Below, in pieces: positions 29,974 through 37,335 of a stretch of 64,000 bases of DNA. This DNA is from Candidatus Saccharimonadia bacterium. Lineage in GTDB: Bacteria > Patescibacteriota > Saccharimonadia > UBA4664. The stretch is taken from contig DATIIV010000033.1 in the NCBI GenBank assembly GCA_035479295.1, positions 2,901 through 66,900 on the forward strand, given 5' to 3'. Numbering within the stretch: position 1 is the first letter of the stretch; each line of letters starts with the position of its first letter. The notes under the pieces are model-generated. The model was not told the DNA's origin. It did no database searches and was given only the letters and a program-made list of their open reading frames with translations. Made by a program: the position numbers and the translations under genes.

Positions 29974-30738
29974 ATGACGCAAAAACCACTCCTGGAGATC
30001 AAAAACCTCCGTAAGATGTATGATGATGGTTTTGAGGCCGTTAAAGGCATATCGTTTAGCGTGCGCAAAGGTGAGGTGTTCGGCATTCTGGGCCCCAACG
30101 GCGCCGGCAAGACGACCACACTCGAAATGATCGAGGGCATGCGGCCTATTACTGGCGGCACAGCGCTGCTGGACGGTCTCAATGTGCAAGAGGAGCCTTA
30201 CGCGGTTAAGGAGCGCATTGGGGTGCAGCTGCAGGCCTCATCGTTCTTTCCCAATTTGAGCCTACTGGAGCTCCTCAAGCTCTTTAGCGATCTGTACGCC
30301 GAGTCGACCAATGCCATGGAGCTACTGCGCGAGGTGGGACTCGAAGAGAAGGCCAAGTCGGCCGTTAAGGAGCTGTCTGGCGGCCAGAAGCAGCGCTTTA
30401 GCATCGCCACCACGCTGGTGAACAACCCCGTGGCCGTCTTTCTCGATGAGCCTACCACCGGCCTCGATCCGCAAGCGCGGCGTAACCTGTGGGACCTGGT
30501 GCAGCAGATCCAAAAGCGGGGCACCACGGTTATTATCACCACTCATTATATGGAAGAGGCGCAGGTACTGTGCGACCGAGTGGCCATTATGGACGAGGGT
30601 AAGATTATCGCTCTGGATACGCCCGATAAGCTCATTCAGCAGCTGCTTGATCGCGGCTTTAAGCCGCAGACCAAGGTCGCCCCGGCTACCCTCGAGGATG
30701 TCTTTATCGACCTAACCGGCAAGGAGCTGAGGGACTAG
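29974..30738 (+). CDS. ABC transporter ATP-binding protein
   Basis: Walker A GPNGAGKTT, signature LSGGQKQR, Walker B VFLDEPTTGLD. Confidence 0.85.
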   Translation: MTQKPLLEIKNLRKMYDDGFEAVKGISFSVRKGEVFGILGPNGAGKTTTLEMIEGMRPITGGTALLDGLNVQEEPYAVKERIGVQLQASSFFPNLSLLELLKLFSDLYAESTNAMELLREVGLEEKAKSAVKELSGGQKQRFSIATTLVNNPVAVFLDEPTTGLDPQARRNLWDLVQQIQKRGTTVIITTHYMEEAQVLCDRVAIMDEGKIIALDTPDKLIQQLLDRGFKPQTKVAPATLEDVFIDLTGKELRD

Positions 30739-30739
30739 C

Positions 30740-31843
30740 ATGAAACGTACACTGATTTCGCTCTGGAGCCTCACGGTGGCTTCGACTAAGATGTACTTCC
30801 GTAATAAGTCGGCCGTCTTCTTTACGCTGTTCTTGCCACTGGCGTTCATTGGCGTGTTTGGGCTGCTCAGTCAGTCGGGCAATAGCTCGTTTACGCTCGA
30901 TGTCACTAATCACTCGACCACACCGCTAGCCAAGAATGTAGTGACCGGGCTGGGTAAGGTGAGCGCCTTTAAGGTTAATCAGGTGAGCGAGGCCGACGGC
31001 GCTACCCAGCTGGGCAAGGGCAAGGCCGATCTGCAGGTGATCATTCCAGCCGGCTTTGGCCAGATTGACCCAGCCACGCATCGCGTGAGCGCCACCAAGA
31101 TCATTACGCACTATAATGCCGGCAAGCCGCAGAACGGCCAGGCCGCCAACCTGGTGCTGGGCCAGATTGTGGCTGGGCTCAACGACCAGGTGACGCAGAC
31201 GCCGCAGATCATTAGCCTCGAGTCGAGTGGCGTTAAGACCAACAACCTCGGCACCATCGACTTCTTGCTGCCGGGCATCCTGGCCATGAGCATCATGCAG
31301 CTTGGTATCTTTAGCGTCGCCTTTGCCTTCGTTAGCATGAAGACCACCGGGATGCTGCGGCGCATTCAGGCTACGCCCACGCATCCCATTAACTTCGTTA
31401 TCGCTCAGGGCGCCACCCGGCTGCTGATCGGTCTGCTGCAGGTGGTGCTGCTGACGGTGCTGGGCGTGTGGTTGTTTGGCTTTCATATGCTGGGCAACTG
31501 GCTAACGTTCTTGTTGATGGCCATTCTGGGCACGCTGGTATTCTTAGGCTTTGGCTTTACGGTAGCCGGCTGGGCCAAGGACGAGAACCAGGCCGCTCCT
31601 ATCGCCAACATCTTCTCGTTTCCAATGCTGTTTCTCAGCGGCATCTTCTTCCCCCGCGATGCGTTCCCGGACTGGCTCAAGCACATCACCGACTTCTTCC
31701 CGCTGACATACCTGGCCGACGCCATGCGCAGTATTGCCAACGAGGGGGCGCATTTGGCGCAGCTGAGCGGCGACATTTTGGGTCTCGTGGTGTGGGGCCT
31801 CATTATGTTTGCTCTGGCGGTGAAGGTCTTTAAGTGGGAGTAG
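30740..31843 (+). CDS. ABC-2 family transporter permease
   Basis: N-terminal TM, large extracytoplasmic loop, then 5 TM helices. Starts 2 nt after the ATPase stop. Confidence 0.75.
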   Translation: MKRTLISLWSLTVASTKMYFRNKSAVFFTLFLPLAFIGVFGLLSQSGNSSFTLDVTNHSTTPLAKNVVTGLGKVSAFKVNQVSEADGATQLGKGKADLQVIIPAGFGQIDPATHRVSATKIITHYNAGKPQNGQAANLVLGQIVAGLNDQVTQTPQIISLESSGVKTNNLGTIDFLLPGILAMSIMQLGIFSVAFAFVSMKTTGMLRRIQATPTHPINFVIAQGATRLLIGLLQVVLLTVLGVWLFGFHMLGNWLTFLLMAILGTLVFLGFGFTVAGWAKDENQAAPIANIFSFPMLFLSGIFFPRDAFPDWLKHITDFFPLTYLADAMRSIANEGAHLAQLSGDILGLVVWGLIMFALAVKVFKWE

Positions 31844-31895
31844 GCCGGGGCGGCGCTTCAGCTAGCTCTCAGCCCATAGCGATTACACTAGAGCC

Positions 31896-32345
31896 ATGAA
31901 ACGCGCCATTGCTGCTACGCTTAAGCCGCTGAGTCTGTATGGCCACTATGCGGCCTGGACCATCGCGCTGCTGGCTACGGTTATCAGCCTGTACCTCAGC
32001 GAGGGCCTCCATCTGGTGCCATGCGTACTGTGCTGGTACACCCGCGTGCTGATGTACCCGCTGGTGGCCATCATTGGTCTGGGCGTGCTGCGGCGCGAGC
32101 AGCAGTGGGTCTACTATGCCGCACCGCTGGTGGGGGTAGGGCTACTCATTACGGCCTACCACTCGCTGCTGCAGTGGGGCATCATTCCCGAGGCGGTGGC
32201 ACCGTGCATGAACGGTATGTCGTGTGCCACGCGGCAGGTTAATTTACTGGGCTTTGTGACCATTCCGTTCCTGGGATGGCTGTCCTTTGCCGCAATTGCT
32301 GTATGCTTATACCTATACTGGAAGGAGACAAGACGTGTCGCGTGA
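31896..32345 (+). CDS. Disulfide bond formation protein B (DsbB/BdbC-like)
   Basis: 4 TM with periplasmic-loop cysteines VPCVLCWYTR and CMNGMSC. Confidence 0.7.
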   Translation: MKRAIAATLKPLSLYGHYAAWTIALLATVISLYLSEGLHLVPCVLCWYTRVLMYPLVAIIGLGVLRREQQWVYYAAPLVGVGLLITAYHSLLQWGIIPEAVAPCMNGMSCATRQVNLLGFVTIPFLGWLSFAAIAVCLYLYWKETRRVA

Positions 32346-32997
32346 AGCAAAAATTCTGATTGGGATCTTGGTGGTAGTAGTGGGTGGCATGATTGGGCTG
32401 TTTATATATGCTAATCAGGGCTCATCGTCGTCGGCGGGAGTGGGGCCGGCGGTGTCGGACCAGACGCTGCTTAAATCTGATACGCATCATGAGGGCAATG
32501 GCTCGGTTAAGCTGGTGGAGTTCGGCGATTATCAGTGCCCGGCCTGCGGGGCGGCCTACCCCGTGGTCAAGCAAATTATGAAGGAGTATAACGGTAAAGT
32601 TACGCTCTACTTCCGCAACTTCCCGCTCACCAATCTGCACCCCAACGCTATGGCAGCGGCCAATGCGGCCGAGGCGGCGGCCGACCAGGGCAAGTTCTGG
32701 GAGATGCACGATGCGCTATATGAGCATCAAGACGATTGGGCCAAGTTACCGACCGACCAAGCGGCTGATAAGTGGGCTAGTTACGCCACGGCGCTCGGCC
32801 TGGACGGCGACAAGATTAAGGCGGCGGCCGTCGGCGAGACCAAGAAGGATCGCATCGCTGCCGACATTAACGACGGCAATACGTTGCAGATTCAAGGTAC
32901 GCCAACCTTCTTCGTTAACGACCACCAGGTGACGGCCGGCAATAGTTACGATGACCTGAAGGCGGCCATTGAGGCGGCGCTGCACTCCGGCAAATAG
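32335..32997 (+). CDS. DsbA-like thioredoxin-fold thiol:disulfide oxidoreductase, membrane anchored
   Basis: CPAC active site in FGDYQCPACGAAYP. GTG start with a GGAAGGA SD. Overlaps the DsbB stop. Confidence 0.75.
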   Translation: MSREAKILIGILVVVVGGMIGLFIYANQGSSSSAGVGPAVSDQTLLKSDTHHEGNGSVKLVEFGDYQCPACGAAYPVVKQIMKEYNGKVTLYFRNFPLTNLHPNAMAAANAAEAAADQGKFWEMHDALYEHQDDWAKLPTDQAADKWASYATALGLDGDKIKAAAVGETKKDRIAADINDGNTLQIQGTPTFFVNDHQVTAGNSYDDLKAAIEAALHSGK

Positions 32998-33073
32998 CTT
33001 TAGCAGTAGATAATAAAAACGGTGAAGGGCGCCTCGCGAACGAGGCGCCCTTTGCGGCATCGACCTTCGCCAC

Positions 33074-33736
33074 CTACATCTCGACCTCCCGAGAGTCGGA
33101 ACAGTTCGCGGTGGGGCATAGCGGCTGCAGGTGTCGGCGCGATTGCCAGAGCTCGCGAATCGTTTTGCCGATGGGCGGCACCACGGTTAGAGAGATCAAC
33201 CCAAAGATCAGCCAGGCGGCCAGGTTGATGAGATACGGTTGGTTGAAGAGCCAGGCCGTCAGGCCGCCGAGGGCCACCAGTAGCGAAGCCCCAAAGTCGC
33301 AGGTAAAGTGGAGCCGGTTGGCCTCGTGACGCTCCAGTCGCGGTGTGCGCCACAGACCGTAGGCGTTGATGGCCAGACCGGTGAGGCCGGCGCTCAGGCT
33401 AACCAGCAGCTGGGCTGTGCCCGCCGTGTCGGTGTGCTCCCACAGCGGCGCCACGCCCACAAACGCCAGCGTTACCACGTAGATGGCCAGCTTGAGTCCG
33501 CGCTGGCCGTGGTAATGCAGGCCATGGTGCTTGGTGCGAGCCAGGCGTCGACCAATAGCGCTGGCGGCCAGCAGGGTCGGGCCATCGAAGGCGTTGTGAA
33601 TACCATCGCTGGTCACGGCGGCATTGTGCAGCCAGAAGTGGCCGAGAAACAGCTCGATGGGTGCGAACACCAGGAACATCAGACCGACTTGCGTTACGGC
33701 GTCGGCCTGGCGTAACTGGCGCCAAACAGCGTTCAT
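33074..33736 (-). CDS. Cation diffusion facilitator-like membrane protein (TM domain only, putative)
   Basis: Two HxxxD motifs in TM helices (IHNAFD and HFTCD). No cytoplasmic C-terminal domain. Confidence 0.45.
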   Translation of the reverse strand: MNAVWRQLRQADAVTQVGLMFLVFAPIELFLGHFWLHNAAVTSDGIHNAFDGPTLLAASAIGRRLARTKHHGLHYHGQRGLKLAIYVVTLAFVGVAPLWEHTDTAGTAQLLVSLSAGLTGLAINAYGLWRTPRLERHEANRLHFTCDFGASLLVALGGLTAWLFNQPYLINLAAWLIFGLISLTVVPPIGKTIRELWQSRRHLQPLCPTANCSDSREVEM

Positions 33737-33897
33737 GGCAACCCTTCCGAATCAACGTGGTGGGAGAGGTACGGGAACGGCGTAGTTTAGTGTAGCGGCC
33801 GAAGCCCATTTTAGCAACTAAAAAAAATGAAGTGCGGCAGTTGTATGTTAAGCATGAGTGGTATGGGAGTGGCATTTGGCGTATAAATGTAACCATG

Positions 33898-34392
33898 AAG
33901 CGATGGCTTGCGAGGGGAATAATGTGGGGTGTGGCGGCGGCCGCGGGCTGTGGGAGCGGCTGGGCAACGGCCCAGGCGAGCTTGCCGGGTGCCTCGGCCC
34001 AGCCCGGCCGCTGTGTCGCGGTGCAGGCAGCAATTACGCAGCGGGTCGGCACGCTGGGCCAGCAGCAGGCTACGGCCAATGCGGCCCTGCAGCGGTTAGA
34101 TGCCCGACTGACCGACCTGGTGGGTCGGGCTGACGCCCGCGGTTACGATATCGGCCGCCTCCAGGCTGACCAGACTGAGCTAGAGCACCGAGCCGCCGCC
34201 ATCAAGGACGATTATGCCGCGCTCCTGACCGCCACTAAGGCGGCGGCGGCCCAGTGCGGCGCAACCGGATCGTTGGCGCCGGCTCGCGCCAAGCTAGCTC
34301 GCCTGCGCGCTGACGTGGCCGCGCTGCAAACCTGGCGCCAGGCCAGCCTTGCAGTCGATCTGCAGACACTCAGTAAGGCCTCGTCATCATGA
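33898..34392 (+). CDS. Hypothetical secreted coiled-coil protein
   Basis: MKRWLARGIMWGVAAAAGCGSGWATAQA signal/lipobox-like N-terminus, then an Ala/Gln-rich region. Confidence 0.4.
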   Translation, partial: KRWLARGIMWGVAAAAGCGSGWATAQASLPGASAQPGRCVAVQAAITQRVGTLGQQQATANAALQRLDARLTDLVGRADARGYDIGRLQADQTELEHRAAAIKDDYAALLTATKAAAAQCGATGSLAPARAKLARLRADVAALQTWRQASLAVDLQTLSKASSS

Positions 34393-34721
34393 CTCATCAC
34401 CGTACTGCCGCTACTCGGCCTACCGCGGCCGATGTCCTCGAGCCGTCCGCCCCAGTGTCTCATTCAGCTCATCCTCGTCATCGGCCGCACAAGCATCACC
34501 GCGCGCTCACCTGGGTGGTCGCTCTCCTGAGTTCAGCGCTTATCGTGGCGCTGGTCTTGGCCTTTGGCAGTGGTCCGTCCGTACCGCATTTGGTAGCCCC
34601 CAGCGGCTCCATGGCTGGTGATATCAAGGCCGCCAACCTCGGTCTCGGTCAAGATTTTGATCAGCTCTCGGCTGGCCTCCCGACCAACGACCAGCTTAAT
34701 GAAGCCAGCCTAACTCAATAA
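34389..34721 (+). CDS. Hypothetical His/Arg-rich N-terminus plus TM protein
   Basis: ATGA-coupled to the upstream gene. Confidence 0.35.
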   Translation: MTHHRTAATRPTAADVLEPSAPVSHSAHPRHRPHKHHRALTWVVALLSSALIVALVLAFGSGPSVPHLVAPSGSMAGDIKAANLGLGQDFDQLSAGLPTNDQLNEASLTQ

Positions 34722-34803
34722 ATTCTAGCCCTAAACGATTTTGCCCCGCCGAAACCACCAACCACTCCTGCGGTCAGCTGTCTCGGCGGGGCTCCTGGCT
34801 TGA

Positions 34804-34941
34804 TCAGTCGTCGACACCGGCGATCTTGCGGGTTACAGCGGCGGCCCTTGCGGCGCAGCCACTGCAGATAGTGCCCGCATCCTTTACTTCAACCTGCTTG
34901 CAGTTCTCGTACTTGGGCTTGGCCGGGGGCATATTAACCAT
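34804..34941 (-). CDS. Small Cys-containing peptide (45 aa), hypothetical
   Basis: MVNMPPAKPKYENCKQVEVKDAGTICSGCAARAAAVTRKIAGVDD. It lies 20 nt downstream of the sigma-r4/alpha-CTD-like gene on the same strand, with GGAAG about 10 nt upstream. Not in the ORF track (under 60 aa). Confidence 0.3.
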   Translation of the reverse strand: MVNMPPAKPKYENCKQVEVKDAGTICSGCAARAAAVTRKIAGVDD

Positions 34942-34960
34942 GGTGACTCACTTCCGTTCA

Positions 34961-36106
34961 TCAGCTAGCAATAATCTCTTCGTCGACAAGCTGGACGAGC
35001 GGGCTCGATGGGTTCTCGCCCCGCAGAGCCAGCCCCTGGTGAAATAGAGCTAGCCGAACTGCATCAAGGTACACGGGACCAAAGCTGGGCCAGGCCTTCA
35101 ACCAGTCGGCCGTCACATCGCGCAGATCCTGCGCCGAGGCGATGTTCATTTTGGCCAACAGCGGTAGAAGCTGATGTTTCAGGTAGCCTCCCAGGGGCGT
35201 CAGCAAATCCTCGATCGGTATATCTCGAGGCGTCGCCAGATACATACTAGCAACTGCCAGTCGGCCTCGTTCCAGCAGGCTTTTGACCGCCCGAGGCGTC
35301 AGACTGGTGGCCTGCGCAATCTCGCCGAGTGGCTGATGGCTCAGCCCGTCAAGGCCGTAGTACAGCTTAAGGACGCGCTGAACCGTCTCGTCCAGCCTGT
35401 TGACCAGACTCAGCCTGGTCTGCCACCAGGCTGGGCTGTAGCAGTTTGGCAGCTCGGGGTTTCGGGCCAGCGTGACCTTTTGTGGCCGCCACACCTCTTC
35501 TCCGGCCAGGGCCAGACCATGATAGCTCAGGCTCACTCGAACGAGGTCGACAAACGCCTTGCTAAAGCCGGGCCAGACGAGAAGCCAGTCTTTGGCGGTG
35601 CCCGTGAGGTCACGAAGGGTATGAATGCCCATGTCGTGAAGCAAGTCCAGAATCCTAGCAGCCTCAAGCTGCCGGTGGGTAGCAAATTTTAGCTCCCGAA
35701 TCGATCGGCAGGCCGACAGCTCATCGGTTGGCCTTGCCTTATCCTGAGCTTGAGCGGCTACATATGCTCGCTGAATCCGCTTTTCGATGGTCCTGCGGCT
35801 TAGCCCAACTTGCCTTTCTAGCTGAAGATAGGTAAGAGCGGGCCCGTCCAGGCCATAATAGCGGCGGATGAGGCTTTGCACCTGGGGGTGAAGTCGCTCG
35901 AGAAGCTCCTGATGTGCCTCCCACCAGCGACCAGTAATCTGCTTGATCTGGGTAGGAGACAGCGTAGGCACAGCACCTGGTCCCTTCGCACATAGAGGCG
36001 TCCCGGACTGGACGCCAGGACGACTATACAATAAATTCCATAGAAAAGTGAAGCAGCATCTCGCCAGGGGCTTATCTATTGCCTGTCCTTGACTCTTCCG
36101 CAGCAA
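34961..36106 (-). CDS. Protein with tandemly duplicated module: sigma-70 region-4-like HTH plus RNAP alpha-subunit C-terminal-domain-like HhH (putative transcription regulator)
   Basis: Module 1 is VQSLIRRYYGLDG...LSRRTIEKRIQRA followed by GIHTLRDL...DWLLVWPGFSKAFVDLVRVSLSYHGLAL. Module 2 is VQRVLKLYYGLDG...LTPRAVKSLLERGR followed by NIASAQDL...DWLKAWPSFGPVYLDAVRLALFHQGLAL. Confidence 0.55.
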   Translation of the reverse strand: MLRKSQGQAIDKPLARCCFTFLWNLLYSRPGVQSGTPLCAKGPGAVPTLSPTQIKQITGRWWEAHQELLERLHPQVQSLIRRYYGLDGPALTYLQLERQVGLSRRTIEKRIQRAYVAAQAQDKARPTDELSACRSIRELKFATHRQLEAARILDLLHDMGIHTLRDLTGTAKDWLLVWPGFSKAFVDLVRVSLSYHGLALAGEEVWRPQKVTLARNPELPNCYSPAWWQTRLSLVNRLDETVQRVLKLYYGLDGLSHQPLGEIAQATSLTPRAVKSLLERGRLAVASMYLATPRDIPIEDLLTPLGGYLKHQLLPLLAKMNIASAQDLRDVTADWLKAWPSFGPVYLDAVRLALFHQGLALRGENPSSPLVQLVDEEIIAS

Positions 36107-36183
36107 TCAGCATATTAAATAAGCCCTCGGATGAGCGCGCTCGAGGCGCCCAGTTTAATCGGAACCAGCAAGGAGCCCCATTT

Positions 36184-36381
36184 ATGGCGGAGATTCCTGA
36201 CGAAGAGACCAGCCCGCGACCTAACCGGTTGACGTTCGAACAACAGCAAGCACGGCAGGCCGCTGCCCCGGTCGATGCCGGTGGGAATCCGCGGCTTCCA
36301 CGCTGCAAGAACTGCGTATGCGGCGGCTGTACCCTCGGCATAGGCTGTGAGGGTTGCACGACCTGTAATCCACCGAGCTAG
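36184..36381 (+). CDS. Leader plus Cys-rich-core small peptide (65 aa), candidate RiPP precursor or metal-binding peptide
   Basis: An AAGGAG SD lies 8 nt upstream of the ATG. MAEIPDEETSPRPNRLTFEQQQARQAAAPVDAGGNPRLPR-CKNCVCGGCTLGIGCEGCTTCNPPS has 7 Cys in the last 25 residues. A terminator follows. Confidence 0.5.
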   Translation: MAEIPDEETSPRPNRLTFEQQQARQAAAPVDAGGNPRLPRCKNCVCGGCTLGIGCEGCTTCNPPS

Positions 36382-36457
36382 TCTGCCGCAGCACACACTG
36401 TCGTAATGATCGCTCGGCGCCGGGTGGCGTCGATTACTAGTTGCGATAGGCTCAGTC

Positions 36458-36492
36458 GGGATTGGGCAAGACCTCGCCCAATCCCGGCTTTT
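36458..36492 (+). terminator. Rho-independent terminator after the Cys-rich peptide gene
   Basis: GGGATTGGGC-aagacctc-GCCCAATCCC followed by GGCTTTTGTT. Confidence 0.5.
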
Positions 36493-36505
36493 GTTGGAGG
36501 CGACT

Positions 36506-36670
36506 CTAGGATAGCCCTAGCTCGCGCCAAAGCGCTTCATCGTGCCTTTTCAGGTCATTTTTCGCGTTACGGAGACGGATTTCCAGCCTGTAACGATCTC
36601 CTGGCCCGAGACCAGCCTCTTGTAGTTTCTCGGTAGCCGCCTCAATCACACCCACGAGGTGCGTGGCCAT
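36506..36670 (-). CDS. Small helical hypothetical protein (54 aa)
   Basis: An AGGAAG SD lies 6 nt upstream of the ATG. MATHLVGVIEAATEKLQEAGL... Convergent with the peptide gene. Confidence 0.3.
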   Translation of the reverse strand: MATHLVGVIEAATEKLQEAGLGPGDRYRLEIRLRNAKNDLKRHDEALWRELGLS

Positions 36671-36734
36671 CGGGTCTTCCTGATGCGACTCGCCGCTAGC
36701 GTCTGACACGACCCATTCCTTTGCTCCGCGATTT

Positions 36735-36758
36735 CTGTCCTGCGGGCATGCAGGACAG
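36735..36758. other. Perfect 9-bp-arm palindrome
   Basis: CTGTCCTGC-gggcat-GCAGGACAG. On the minus strand it lies just downstream of the tRNA-Ile 3' end. Confidence 0.3.
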
Positions 36759-36823
36759 AAGGGCAGAGTAAAAGCTTGGCTGCTTACCATCGGCCGCCTG
36801 GGCAATAGTTAAGAATAATTCCT

Positions 36824-36899
36824 TGGTAGGCCCGGCTGGATTCGAACCAGCGACCAGTACCTTATAAGAGTACCGCTCTAACCGCTGAGCTACGGGCCC
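36824..36899 (-). tRNA. tRNA-Ile with anticodon TAT (UAU)
   Basis: Reverse complement is GGGCCCGTAGCTCAGCGGTTAGAGCGGTACTCTTATAAGGTACTGGTCGCTGGTTCGAATCCAGCCGGGCCTACCA. It folds as a cloverleaf with anticodon loop CTTATAA, U33, A37 and discriminator A73. Confidence 0.7.
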
Positions 36900-36927
36900 G
36901 GATTGAATCAGTATATAATACTTTTGT

Positions 36928-37335
36928 ATGAAGATGGCCAACCTCGGGCGCAAGCTCCTCAAGTTTCGGTTTAATCTCGTCAACGCACTCAATGTGGCGG
37001 GGGCGGTGGTGATTGTGTATTTGCTGGTGACGCTGATTCAGACGATTAAGCAAAACTACGACCTAAATATGCAGAGTAATCAGCTAAAGTCGGAGATATC
37101 GCTACTGCAAGACCAAAACGACGAGCTAAGCTATAACATTCAGTACTACAAGACCGACTCGTTTAAGCAGCGCGAGGCACGCTCCAAGCTGGGCTTGCAG
37201 CTGCCCGACGAGCACGAAGTGGTGCTGCCCGAGCCAACGGCCACCCCGGCGCCGGCGGCCGACGCCCAGACCAAGTCGACCAAGAAACGCTCAAACGTGC
37301 AGCAATGGCTCGACTTCTTGGCCGGCAATAGCTAA
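36928..37335 (+). CDS. FtsB/DivIC-like septum formation initiator (putative)
   Basis: N-terminal TM then a coiled coil with heptad Leu/Gln (SEISLLQDQNDELSYNIQYYKTDSFKQREARSKLGL). A TATATAAT box ends about 8 nt before the ATG. Confidence 0.5.
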   Translation: MKMANLGRKLLKFRFNLVNALNVAGAVVIVYLLVTLIQTIKQNYDLNMQSNQLKSEISLLQDQNDELSYNIQYYKTDSFKQREARSKLGLQLPDEHEVVLPEPTATPAPAADAQTKSTKKRSNVQQWLDFLAGNS

